This document shows positions 20,485-34,028 of a stretch of 64,000 nucleotides of DNA, in pieces. This DNA comes from Rebecca billardiae RCC1528. Taxonomy: Eukaryota; Protista; Haptophyta. The stretch covers positions 2,666,001 to 2,730,000 of the forward strand of contig OZ251228.1 in NCBI GenBank assembly GCA_965240325.2, written 5' to 3'. Under the pieces are notes generated by a model. The model worked only from the letters and a program-made list of their open reading frames with translations, searched no databases and was not told the DNA's origin. Every line of letters begins with the position of its first letter. Position 1 is the stretch's first letter. The position numbers and the translations under genes were made by a program.

Positions 20485-20601
20485 GCTGCTATATGTACAG
20501 TGTCAGTCGTATATTGACTAACGATGGGCAGTAGCAGTATATGCGTGTGTGCGTATGCATATGTGCGTGATTCGTCACAGTAGGCCGGAGGCACTAAGTG
20601 C

Positions 20602-21677
20602 CTGTGTGCGAATCAAGCCTCGACGGGCGTCGGCCAACCCGTCGGCCACGAGATGCCCACTTTCGCCCGTTCATCGGCCAGTGGCCGACTACGACGAATA
20701 AATGAATAAATAAGGATGACGATGCGCTGTATTCATTACATATTCATAATTTATTTTCTTTTTCGGCGCAATATCAAGGGCGTTCCCGGGATCCTGCCAC
20801 ACGCTCCCGAAAAGCAAAGCCCCCCCTGGGGGGGCTTTGCCTTTTTCCGTATTCAATGTACCCGCTTCAAATGGACGAAGCCCGTTCCAATAGGAAGCCG
20901 GTTCAATTTGGCGTATGACCGATGCGGGGAACGCCCCTGATTCACCACTCGTCGGGCAGAAAGTCAACGTCGTATGGTCGACCCCAACGAGGTCGGCTCG
21001 TCGACTCTGTATGGGCATGATCTCGTCGCAGAAGGTGCTTGCAGCCGAATACTGTGCTGCGGCAGCCACAGCTCGTCCGCTCGCCGCGAGGCTGCCGCAG
21101 TCGCCGCGTCGGCAGACGACGGCGCTGCTGGCAGTGCAAGCGCCAGCCGTGGCAGAAGTAGGGGTCGCGGGCGCGGGTGCGGCCGCTGACTCGCCCTCGG
21201 AGTCTCACCGGGCTCGCCGCCTGCACCTCGCGTCCTTCACAGTTCACTCGCCGGGCCGGCGCGCCAGATAGCTACAATAGACATGCCGCGTAGTAGTCTG
21301 GATATCTTAATTTATCTTATATCAGATTAACACACACACACACGACCCACCTGCCACGCTCGGTCAGAGACCGCCACTGGGGCTCGGCCGAGCCCCGGGG
21401 CCGCCCTCTCGGACTACGACCGTGCAGAGTCGGACAGTGCTGCAGCCAGCGTGGCGGCGTGCGCACGCGCCGCGAGGCCACGCGCCGGCGCCGTGGCAGT
21501 GCGAGTGCCGTCCGGCGCGGCCTCCCCGCGGGGCGGTCCGGCCGCCGGACCGCCATCGGCATCGGCCAATACCCATCGGCCAGTGATGGCTGGTTGGCCG
21601 CTTTCCATCGGCCATGGCCGCCTAGCGGCCAATATCATCGGTCATGGCCGGCCATATAGGCCTTGATTCGCACATAG
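20602..21677. mobile_element. Non-autonomous TIR DNA transposon with an 8-bp TSD (hAT-like MITE)
   Basis: TSD CTAAGTGC at 20594-20601 and 21678-21685. TIR CT(G/A)TGTGCGAATCAAG(G)CCT. Many subterminal TCGGCC motifs at both ends. No transposase. Confidence 0.85.
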
Positions 21678-21816
21678 CTAAGTGCTGACCGTATAACACT
21701 TAACAGTCTACTGAGTTTCAACCGTCAGCTGTCGTCCGTCTCGCGGAATAATTCAATAAATAAATAAATAACCGCCGGTACGGCGTCACCCGCCCACGGT
21801 CAGCCGCGGCAGCAGC

Positions 21817-22939
<1,123 letters not shown>

Positions 22940-22962
22940 CCCACCGCATCGCCTAGGCGCCC

Positions 22963-24332
22963 CTAGGCCGACGGTCCAGGCGGCGAAGCCGAGAAGCGGC
23001 AGATCGAGCCGAACACGTCGAGGAGCTGCAAGTACTCGTTGGCCCCGTCGGTGAGCTGCTTGTCCGCCTCCGCGATCGCCAGCGACACCTTGCACTTGGC
23101 CTGCTCCGACAGCGACGCGCTCGTGACCACCTCTGCCGAGAGCTGCACGAGCAGCTGCCCTGCGGGGTACCCCTCGCGCAGCACGCGGTCGAGCTCGGCC
23201 TGCACGGCCTGGAAGCCGCGGGGGCCCTTCTCGCACACGGCGAGGAGCTCGCGGATGGTCGAGGCCGGCAGCGCGCCCGCGATGTCGAGCACCGCCTGCT
23301 CGCTGATCGCGCCGTCCGCGGAGGTGGAGAGGCGGTGCAGCGACTGCATCGTCTGGATGGCCTGCGCGCGCGCGGACACCGCGCGCGCGGTCGGCGCGGC
23401 GCGCGGCACCGGAAGGAAAGGGGGGGGTCAGGGCGTGGACGCCGGCGGGCGCACGGCGCGCGCGCGCGGCGTGACGGGCGGCCGCGCCTCGAGCGCGCCG
23501 CGCGGCTCGCCTTTCGCATGTCGCCCTCCGCCTGCTCGGTGATCTGCGTGAGCACCTCGTCCGTCACGTTCACGCTCTCCTGCTGCGCGATCGAGCGCAG
23601 CCGGCCCAGCGTGGCGGTGGGCGGCAGGGGCTTGAAGTGGAACTTGGCGCAGCGCGAGGTGATCGGCGGGATGAGCCGCGAGACGTAGTTGCAGATGATG
23701 CAGAAGCGCGTGATGCGGCAGTACGTCTCCATCGTGCGGCGCAGCGCGGACTGCGCGTCACTCGTCATCGAGTCCGCCTCGTCCAGCACGATCAGCTTGT
23801 ACGGCGGCATGCTCTGGCCCCTGCGCACCGGCGGCGGGCGGCGGGCACGGCGGGCAGTGTCAGGGGGCGGGGCCGAATGGCGCGCGCACTCGCGGAGCGC
23901 GCGCGTCGGATGCCGCGGCGTGCGCGCGCGTGCGCGCGCTCGGGCGTGGAGGCGCGCATGCGAGTGATCGCGCGCATGCACGCACTCCTCGTTTGCCCTC
24001 GAGTGGACGGAGACCATGGCGAAGGACTTGATCTTCGTGCGCACAATAGAGATGCCTCGCTCGTCCGACGCGTTCAGCTCCAGCACGCGCTTCTTGAGCT
24101 CGGAGCCGAAGAGGTCGCGCGCGCACGCCAGGATGGTCGAGGTCTTGCCCGTGCCGGGCGGGCCGTAGAAGATGAGGTGCGGCAGGTTCTGCGTGGTCAC
24201 CGCGCGCTTGAGCGTCTCGACGACCTCGGACTGGTGCGAGACGTCAGTGACTGTTTTTGGCCGGTACTTCTCCACCCACGGCACCGCCCTGCCCGTCGGC
24301 GGCGCAGCGGTCGCGCGCCCCTCGCCCTCCAT
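22963..24332 (-). CDS. RFC4: Replication factor C small subunit (human RFC4 / yeast Rfc2 type); predicted introns 23821-23985 and 23362-23510 (GC-AG)
   Basis: [60 protein letters not shown] and GDMRK|AIQTMQS. Confidence 0.9.
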
Positions 24333-24481
24333 ATTGGCGCGCGTGTGTGCACCGGTCAACCCGCCTGCGCAGCAGCTCTCGAGCGAGCGATCGCGGCCGC
24401 GCGCGCGTCCGGCAGCCGTCTGGCGGCTGGCGCCTGCAAAAACGCAAGCCGGCGACGACGGCCACAGCAAAAAACTGCAAG

Positions 24482-24901
24482 ATGGCGCGCGGCTGGGCCT
24501 CTATCGTCATCGCGCTCGTCTTCGTTGCATGTGTCGCCCTAGTTGCGGTATTGCCACCTCGTCCGCCCCGGACATTGGGAAGTACGGGCTGCGAGCAGCA
24601 CGTGAAGCGTGGGGAGCTCTTCGCGTGCCCTGATGACCACGTCCCCATGCACTGGATTGCAAACGCTCAGACAGACTCGCAGCGCAACAGTGGCATCCAT
24701 GGGCGGTGCGCACTCGGCTGCCGAGATCGAAACGAGGGTACACACCTGGTGGTCTACGGCTACGGGCAGATTGCGCACTTCTCCGACGGCTATTGCTGCG
24801 AGGCCGGATATGACACGTACAAGGACACCCGCCGTTGGACTGAAGTGATGACGCATGGGTCCAATCGCCCGATTGAGCTGCACACGTTTGAGCCATCATG
24901 A
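24482..24901 (+). CDS. Small secreted or signal-anchored cysteine-containing protein
   Basis: ATG at 24482 followed by a hydrophobic N-terminus and six Cys in the mature region. Divergent from RFC. Confidence 0.65.
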   Translation: MARGWASIVIALVFVACVALVAVLPPRPPRTLGSTGCEQHVKRGELFACPDDHVPMHWIANAQTDSQRNSGIHGRCALGCRDRNEGTHLVVYGYGQIAHFSDGYCCEAGYDTYKDTRRWTEVMTHGSNRPIELHTFEPS

Positions 24902-25543
24902 CGCGGACTGGAGTGCAGGGCTCCAGGCGCCAGCCAATACTCTGCATGGTCTGCGCCACGAAGGCCACACTCCGGTTGTCACGATAAGCGCATTCATCGG
25001 CCGAGAGCGCCGCAGACAGCCGTCTCGGCGGCGATGACCGGCCAGCGTGATCGATCGGTGATGATGCCCGTAATGATGCAGCCGATCGGCCGGGCCCCAG
25101 GACCGCCACTAACTAAAACTGGAATCATGCACGCATGCTGACTGCATGCCTACTGCACAGTAGCTACAGCAGTCTACATAATATCAACGACGATGACAAC
25201 GTTCCGGGCCGTTCGGCGACGTGAGCGGGCCACCGCCCTCTGGGCGGGGCGCCCTCCCAGCAGCCTGGCTTGGCCCGTGCGCCGCCGCAGCCCTGCGACT
25301 GCGTTGGCTGCGTTCCAACGTGATCACGATTCACGGTTTAATATTATTCGCGATATATATATCGGCTGCGTCCGACTGGCGCAGGCCCGGCAGGGTTCGC
25401 AGTCGTTGGCGCGGCAGCCGGCAGGGCGGCGCAGCCTCCCGGATTAACATTTATACAGTAATAATATGACGAATCGAGCTGCGCCATGATGAAGTAGGCG
25501 GATATGATGTCGCGTAGTGATGTGATCACGCAGCCTGACGACA

Positions 25544-28500
25544 TCACATGTAGTACGGCTGCGAGGCTGGCTGCGGCGCCAGCGGCTGCGTCGCCGCCGA
25601 CGCCGTATTTGGGCTTCGCGCACGCCGCTGGCCCCGGCTGGCGGCGCCGGCGCTCGTCGACGACGCTGCTGCCTGCGACGGCGGGGCCAATGGTGCCAGG
25701 GACCGCGCGCCAGCTGCAGCCGGCGTCGTCGGCGCATCCTGCGTGGGCCACAGCTCGGCCGTGCGCGCGGGGGCGGCTCGTCTCCGCGTACGCGCCCGTG
25801 TCGCCGCAGCCACGGCCGCCGCCTCGCGCGACGCGGGCGCGCTCACCTCCGCCGCTCCGCGCGTGCCGTTGGCCGGCGTGTATCGCTCCGCTGCGCCGTT
25901 CGGCGTGGCGCCGCGCGGGGGCACCGCGTCCGCGAGCGGCGCCGCGGGGTACAGCTGCTTCGGCGGCCACGACCCGTCGTCCGGGCCGAGCGCGCGCTCG
26001 TCCGTCTCGGCCGCGTGCCCGCCGCTGTGCGCCGCGCGGTAGCCGCCCTCGCCCGGCCGCGCAAACACGCGCACCAGCGAGGGCGAGCAGTGCAGCTCGT
26101 CGTGCGCGTTGCGCGCGGTGTCGAGCATGAAGGAGATGGCCAGCCCCGAGAAGAGCGCCTCGTACACGGCGAAGAAGCAGCTCGCCGTCTGGTACCTGCG
26201 GCGCGCGCGGCGCGCCGGCGCGCGAGCGCGTCAGCGGCCTGCCGCGTGCGCGGCGCGCGGCGCGGCGCGCGCTCGCCGACTGGCGGCGCTTGGCGCGGGC
26301 GTGCGCCGCACGAGAGCACAAAGGTGACGCCCATCGGGAAGAGGAGGGAGGAGGAGAGGTCGATGCGCCCGCCGCTGCTGCCGATCACGAGGCCTGCCGT
26401 CGCCGCGGCCAGCGAGGCGACGGCGAACTTGAGCCTGCGCACGCGCAGTGGCGCGGGAGCGCGCGCGGCGTGCTGAGCGGCGCGGCCGCGCGCAGCCGCC
26501 GCTCGGCGGCGCGCGCGCGCCCGCGGGCGGGGCGGCCGAGCCGCCGCGCGCTGCGATCGCGCGCGCGCACGCGAAGAAGCAGATGTCGACGGTCTGCTGC
26601 GCGTGCGCCACGCCCACGCCCGGGTGGTGCAGCTGGTGGCTCCACGTCGCGCGCGTCGCGGGCAGCAGCCCCAGGTCGGAGCACACCACGAGCACGTACG
26701 CGTCGGCCGTGAGCGCGAAGAGACCGTCACAGAGCGAGGTGGCGGCGCAGCACGAGCTGAGCGGGTCCGGGTCTCCGCGCTCGGCGGAGGAGGTCGCGCC
26801 GAGGCGGCACGGGCGGAAGAGCCAGCCGAGCAGCCGCAGCGGCATGAGCAGCGGCAGCGCCACCGAGCCGAACACCACCGAGCCGAAGTGGTACCGCGCG
26901 ACGAGCGAGAGCACCGAGCTTACGCTCAGCTCGGGCAGCAGCATGCGCTGCGCCGACTCATCAAAGCCGCGCGGCCGCGCGCCGCCGCCGTCCGCCGCGG
27001 CGACGGAGGCGTCGTGCGGCTCGGGCAGGCTGGCGCGGAAGTACCACACGCTCGCGAGCCCGGCGGCGACGACGCGCAGCACGTGCTGCGCGAGCGAGAG
27101 CAGGAAGACGCCGGCGAGGCAGTGCGCGCCGAGCGCGCGCACGATGGGCGAATCAAACGTGGGCAGCGGGAATCCTCGGCTCGAGACGAGCAGCCTGCCC
27201 GCGGACGCGAGGTGGACGGCGGTCCAGAACCACCAGAGCAGCGCGCAGAGCGAGGCGAGCAGGCCGAGCGCGGGCAGCCCCTGCAGCGCGGGCACGTCGC
27301 GCAGCGGCCTGCCCACCTCCGCCATCGCGCCGCCGATCCGCTGCACGAGCGTGGACGCGGCGTAGAAGGCGCCGAGCGTCGCGCCGACCGTGAGCGCCAG
27401 GCACATGTACCCGGAGACGGCGAGCGCGTACCCGTAGCGGAACTCGGCCGAGTCCGGCGCGGAGAGGTGCTCGCGCATGAGCGCCTCGCCCAGCGCCCAC
27501 AGCGTGCCCGTGAGGCAGCCCAGCGCGACCAGCGCCACGAGCAGCGCGCACAGCGTCGTCCCGACCGGCGCGATCGTGAGCAGCGCGGACAGCAGCACGC
27601 TCAGCGTGAGCGCGCCCACGCTGCACGCGAGGATCACCTCCCAGCTCGCGCGCAGGTCGGCGGCGGTGTCGGCGAAGCCCTTGCCCGCCGAGCTCGCCGC
27701 GGCGCGCACGCGCTCGAGCCCCGCGTCCGACGGCCAGAACCTCCGCTCCAGCTTCGCCCCGCCCCACGCGTGCCGCAGGTCGGCCTCGAACACAGTCGGC
27801 TCGGGCGCGCAGTAGCCGTTGCGCTCGGCGGTGGCGTACGCGGGGAAGCAGCACCGGCCGTAGCCGGCGCGGCGGCCGTTGTCGCCGCGCGCGGCGCACG
27901 CGTCGGTGCACACGAGCGCGCCGGGCTCGAACCCGTCGCGCGTGCGCGCCGGCCTCGGGCACTCGCTCACGCAGATCCCCAGGTGCGCGGCCGGGTCGGC
28001 AAAGAAGAGAAGTGGCGTGGCGGTGCGGTCGGCGCCCGCCGACCAGACAGGCGCGACCGCGCGCGCGTTCGCGTCGTCGACGAGCAGCCGGCCGTCGACC
28101 TGCAGCGCGGGCTGGGCGGTGCCGCACAGGTCGAAGCCGTGGTCGAAGCCCGCGTGCAGCGCCTCCGGCCGGCCCACGATGAACGCCACCGTCGAGAGCG
28201 TGAGCAGCCCGCCCACGGCGAGCAGCAGCAGCAGCACGCACAGCACGTCTGTGCACTGGCGCGGCGAGCGGCGCGCGGCGAGCGCGCGGTACGGCGACCA
28301 AGGCCCGCCGCCGGGCAGGAAGGCCGAGGCGGAGCGCGCGAGCGGCGTGCTGCCGGGCGAGCGGGGCGAGGCGGGCGAGGGCGGCAGCAGGCCGCCGCCG
28401 AGCGCGCCGCCGAAGAAGCCGCGCGCGGCCGCGCTCGCGCCGCGCGCGTCGGGCGAGTGGAGTGAGCTGAGCGCGCTGGCCGCGTGCTCGGCGTCCGCCG

Positions 28501-31500
28501 CCGCGCGCTCGTCGTGGTCGTCGTGGTGCGCCTCGCCGTCGGAGTCGGCGTCGGAGCCGGCGGCGGCCACGTCGTCGCCGTCCTCGGCGGCGCGCCAGCC
28601 GTCCGCCGTCGAGAGCGCGGGCCGCTCCCCCTCCGCCCACACGCGCGCCAGCCACTGCCGCTTGGCGATCGCGTTGAGCACCGCGCTCGGCACGTCTGGC
28701 ACGAGCGCCGCCAGCCCGACCTTGCCCAGGATGACGGCGTGCTCGATGGCGATGAGGAGGAGCAGCTTGCCCGCGTCGTCGAGCTCGACCCACGAGTCCA
28801 GGTGCCGCGAGGTGAACGCGAGGATCGCGAGGTTGGTGAACACCGCGAGGTAGCCGATCCCGTCGAAGATGGGCAGCCACATGCCGATGCCCTCGACCAC
28901 GTGCACGACCGGCCGCTCGCGCAGCCGCAGCACCTTGAGCATGTCCACGCGCATCTCGACGAAGTTGTTGACGAGCACGATGAGCGGCGCGACGGGGAAC
29001 GCCGTGGCGAAGAGCGTCGCCGTGGCGAAGTCGAGCGCGAGCTCGTTGTACTCGTAGTACAGCGGCTCGGCCTTGGTGAGGCGCAGCTGGCGCGCGGCGC
29101 GCGGCTCGGGCGGCAGGCCGTCGGCCGCGCGCTGCGCCTCGCGCGCCTTCGCCTTGCGGTACGTGTAGAAGGGCTTGGCGCTCTCGACGGCCTGCGCGAC
29201 GGTGGCGTGCACGAGCACGAGCACGAGCACCTGCAGCCGCAGCTCGTCCATGCACGACTCCGCCACCTCGCCCGCCCACGTGGTGCACGGCTCGTTGTAC
29301 TCGACCCCAAACAGCACGTTGCGCCGCCCCTTGCCAAACGCAATGTAAAAGATCGCGAAGAACTTGTTGAAGAAGGAGAAGGCGGAGAGCTTGACGATGA
29401 GGTGGTCGCGGTAGCTCGCGTACGTGCGGTGGTTCTCCCAGTCCGTCAGCCGCTTGCTCGCGTAGTCGTACGTGTACCCCATCACCTCGATGAACGCCGC
29501 GTTGAGCGTGGCGGCCAGCAGCACGCCGCCGGTGCCAACGGTCGTCGCCATGAAGAAGCGGAACGCGAGCAGCGCGAGCGTGCACACGACGGTCACGCCG
29601 AGGAAGACGGTGATGATCGTGGAGGAGCAGAGCACGCGCGTGCGCGGCAGGCTCGACTCGACCATCTCGAGCAGCGGCGCCTCCACGTCCGCCGGCATCT
29701 CCTCGTCCGCCACGGGCACAAAGTCGCCCGAGGCCGAGTACAGGCCGCGCCTGAAGTCGCCCTCAAACTCGGCGCGCACGCCGGCGCGCCGCTGCTGGTC
29801 GGCCACGTCCCACTCGGCGGCGAGGGCGTTCTGCCGGCGCTTCCACGTCTCGACGAAGCCGGTGGCCCAGAGCATGAGCACGAGCGCGTACAGCGGCGTG
29901 AGCAGCGTCGCCGCCTCCGTGCTCACCCCTAGCTCCAGGCTGAACAGCACCACGCCCAGGCCTGCGGGCAGCCACAGCCCCTTGGAGAGCCGGAAGAGGA
30001 AGGCGAAGTAGAAGGCGTACTCGGGGCCGAGGTACCCCTCGATGCGGCGGAGCGGCAGCGGGTCCGCGCCGATCATCGAGCCCTCGCCCAGCCGCGCCTC
30101 CAGCCCCTGCCGCTCCGCCTCGTCGTGCAGCAGGTACACGCGCTGCAGCGAGCCCCGCTTGAGCAGCGCGCCCATGTCCAGACCGGCGCCGCCCTCGAAG
30201 CGCGCGGCGCTCAGCACGCGCTCGATGAGCAGCGCGCGCTCGGAGGACTGGAAGAAGCGCGCGCCGTCGCCCTCGCCGTGCCCGGACGGCTCGAACATGT
30301 GCGCGATCTCCTGCCGGAACGGCGTGAACCCGCCGCCGTACTCGGCGCGCAGCCGCAGCCGCAGCCGCGACTGCTCTGCCGCGCGCTGCAGCCGCGCCAG
30401 GCTTGCGCCCACGACGACCAGCACCTTCTCCGCGCCGTCGGACTCGGTCGCGCGCACCTTCTTCACGGCGAGGCCGACGCGGCGGAGCCGGCGCACCAGC
30501 TCGGCGCGGTTCGGCGCCGTCGCGCTCTCCTCCGCGCCCCTGCCCGCGCGGCCCTCCGCGCGCTCGGCCGCGCCGCGCCCGCCCTTGTGCGCGTACACCA
30601 ACACCAGGTCGAAGTGGGCGCGCCCGTCCTCGGGCGGAGGCGCGGGCGGGGCGGGGCCCGCGCCGTCGGCTCGCACGGCCGGCGGCGGCGCTGGCGCCGG
30701 CCCGGCCGCCGCCCCGGCCCCGGCCGAGCCGCTGGCCGCGCCGGCGGCGGCCTCGCGCCGACGGCGGCGCGCGGCCGCGCCCGCCGTCGGCCGCGGCGCG
30801 GCCTCGTCGGTGTCGGACGTGGCCGCGGCGGCGGTGCGCAGCGCGCCCGCGCCGTCGAGTGGCGACGATACCGGGCTCTCGCCCGCGCGCCCGCGCGGCG
30901 CCGCGTCGCGCGCGGCCGCGCCGCCCGCGCGCTGGCGGCGGCGCGCGGCCCGGCCGGCGGCGGCCGTGGTCGCGTCCGCGCCCACCCAGCGCTTCTTCGC
31001 CTTGGCCTCGTCGAGGCGCGCGAGGATGGCGGGCGTGGGCTGGAGGTCGGCGGGCTCGCGCCCCGCCACGTCGCGCGCGCCCACGTCCGCGCCCTGCGCG
31101 AGCAGCAGCTCGACGAGCTGGCCCTGCCGCTCCTGCACCGCCACGTGCAGCGCCGTGCGGCCGCTGCCGTCCGTCTGGTTCACGTTGGCGTTCATGCGGA
31201 GGAGGAGGCCGGCGCCCGCCTCGCTGCCGGCGTGGACGGCGAGGTGCAGCGCGCGCGCACCCGCGCGGTCCGCGAGCTCCAGGTCCGCGCCCGCCGTGAG
31301 CAGCATGCGCGCCACGCCCACGTGGTCCTCCGAGGCCGCGATGTGCAGCGCGCTCTGGCCCGCGTCGCTCACGACGTTGGGGTCGGCGCGCTCCTCGAGC
31401 AGGCGCTGCACCGCGGGCGCGTCGTCGGACTCGGCCGCGCGCACCAGAGCGGCGGCCCGGGCGCGCGGCCCCATGGGCGCCCGGCGCCGGCCGGCGACAG

Positions 31501-31534
31501 ACGAGCGGGCGCTGTCCGCGCTGGAGTCCACCAT
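25544..31534 (-). CDS. Ankyrin repeat - anoctamin (TMEM16) - choline transporter-like (CTL/SLC44) fusion protein; predicted introns 26435-26570 and 26196-26311
   Basis: Ankyrin: GQSALHIAA, ARALHLAV, GRTALHVAV. Anoctamin: IEGYLGPEYAFYFAFL, LTDWENHRT, FYIAF, EYNEL, FATAFPVAPL..NNFVEMRVD, GIGMW. CTL: RQCTDVLC..G.D..DLCG, RYHFGSVVFGS, AYV, VYEALFSGLAISFMLD. Start 31534 or 31474. Confidence 0.85.
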
Positions 31535-31579
31535 GTGCTCCCACTCGAGAGTCGAGTTTTGAGCTCGCCGGGCCGGGGG

Positions 31580-33916
31580 CTTCATCCGGTTGCCACATTA
31601 AGCCTTGACCACCTGCCACATTAAGGGCCCCGCGACCGGCTGCCACATTAAGGCGACCGGCTGCCACTATTAAGGATCCGCGCCAACGCGCGCACGGCCA
31701 CCGACACGCCACGCGCGGAGCGATGCGCCGACGGTCTTCGGCTCGGTCGCAAACGTCCTGAACCGCGCTGGCCTGTTCAGTCGCCCTTTGCTCGACGCAG
31801 TCGTGCACTGGCCGGCGGAGGCAGTGGCGCCGGGCGTCGGGAAGCACTTCGAGTTCCTCGGTGAGGCTGGCGAGCCCGCGCCCGACAAGAAGCAGCGTGG
31901 CGGCGCGCGCGCGCCGTGCTCGCGGTGAAGTACGTGCTGCTCGCAAAGGGAAAGCAGGGACACCTCGAACACTCGGTAGATGATCTCGCCGTGCTCGCCG
32001 CTGACGGCCAGCGTGCGAAGCGCGCTGCTGGCATACACGGCGTTGAGCAGGCCACCGTGAGAGAGTGCTCCGTCAGACCCGTGGCCAAGGCCCTTGTCGA
32101 TCAGCTGCGCTGAAGGGCGCGCGCAAGAGTGTGTACTGGAGGTCAGTTCCAGGCAGGCTCCATGTTGGCTGCAGCGCTGCGTCTGCGCAGCATGCCCCCG
32201 CACGCGCGTCTGCGGGCGCACGCCTGCGTTCATCTGCAACTTGCTCTCGAGCTCAGCCTTGAGCGCGCTCAGCGTGCCCTTCAGCAGCTCGAGCTGTTCC
32301 TCCTTGCGCCACGCGTCCGCGTGTGCTGCGAGTAGTTGCTTGTTCAGCGGCTGCACCTGCACCGCCGCGTGCTCGACGCTTGCCTCGACCACCTCAACAC
32401 GCACGCGCTCGCCGACGCGCTCCAGGGACTGCTGCGTCAGCTCATGCGCACAGTGGAGCGCCGGAGCGACACCTCCGCGCCGTCCTCCGCGCTTATCGCC
32501 AGGCTGGGCGCTATGGAGAGCTACACGTGCGCTGAGGGCTCGAGCCCGACGACGCGTACGCAGTTCACCTCGCTGTACGACGAACGCCACCTCGAGCGCA
32601 CGAGCGCATGCGTCTGCAGCGGGAGCACCGACGGCCGCTCCGGCAGGCTCGCCGCCGACTTCCCCAGTAGTAAGTAGCATATCAAAGTCGTCTTCGGTAG
32701 CGCGCGAGGCTGGCTACAATACGGTGATGCTACACAACATGGGTTGCGTCACGCGCAGCACCACATTGGTGGCCGGCAGCGGCGTACCATCGGCTGAGGT
32801 GTTCCTGAGTCACTGTTCCTCTGCAGAGGAACGTGCGCGCGTCGACGAGCACTTGCGCGCTCCGCGGCCTTCGGCACCTTGACATCATTGCGCGTGCGCA
32901 TGACAGGCGCGGATGGTTGCGCACTTGCGTTTCCGTTGGTGGCGCGTACGATCCGCGAGCACCGTCCGCCGGGGCCTTGCCATTGTCGACCTTGGACGGC
33001 GCACGGCGCACGGCGGCGCGCTCGCAGATTCGGTCGGGTAGCCCTCGCTGGACATGTGCTGGCCTCTGTTGCTCCGCTGCTCATCGGACCGGGTGCCAAT
33101 CAGTGGCCCACAACTGACGACCCGTGCGCCTGCCCCGCATGCTCGCACACGGGATGACTCAGCCTGGAGCCACCCCGGTCGAGATTTCGGGATGTCAAAG
33201 CAGTGGCCGAGCATGCGCGCAAGCGCTCTCGTCCGCATGGAGCGTGACCTCTACCGTTCTACCGTCTGAGCGTCTGCCGTCACAGGAGTCGGACAAGTCC
33301 CCAAAGCTGGGTGCAACCAGTCCCTCGGGAGTAGCCGCCAGGCCTCCCGCCACCACCGCAGCCGCGCCGCCCAGGGTTGTGAGTCCTGGGATTACCCGGG
33401 GTGGTCAGGCTGGCGCGCACGCTCGCGGAACCTTGGAACCCGCGCTCCCGCGCTGCGTCGCGTGTCACCCCTCGATCGTCGCCCCACCGCCACCTCTTCC
33501 ATCCCATCACCACCTGTTCCTCGACATCCTCGGCCTTCGCCGCAGCACCGACGCCCCCGCGCGCGGCCGCTGTGGCAGCGGGCGATCCGCGTGTGTTGCG
33601 CCGCCGCGCCGCCGCGCCGCCCAGAGTTGTGCAGCGCGGCCTGTGAGTCCTGCGAGCTGCCCTGTGTGGTCAGGCTGGTGCGCACGCTCGCGAACGCTTC
33701 GAACACTCGCTGCATAGCGTGTCGCCCCTCGATCGCCGCCCCACCGCCGCGTTTTCCTCCACGCACGGCGGCTGTCGCCGCCGCACGAGCGCCCCGGTCG
33801 CGGGCCGCGCGCGTTAATGTGGTGGCGGGATCCTTAATGTGGCAGTGGTCAACCGTCTGCCACATTAAGGCTTAATGTGGTGGCGGGATTCGGCTTAATG
33901 TGGTAACCGGCTGAAG
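31580..33916. mobile_element. TIR element with subterminal GCCACATTAAG repeats and a degenerate coding interior
   Basis: 25-bp TIR CTTCA(T/G)CCGGTT(G/A)CCACATTAAGCC at both ends, with 4-5 CCACATTAA copies per end. Internal imperfect direct repeat at about 33360-33490 / 33610-33750. TSD ambiguous (CCGG or GCCGG a few bases outside the TIR). Confidence 0.75.
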
Positions 33917-34028
33917 TCGCCGGTTTCATCGGCCGGAGCGCGGTCCTTCGGCCCCACCCGCCTCCGTCGTCGTCGGCGCTTCGTCAGACGAATGTACCAG
34001 TCCACAGCGGCACATATCGCAATTCGTC

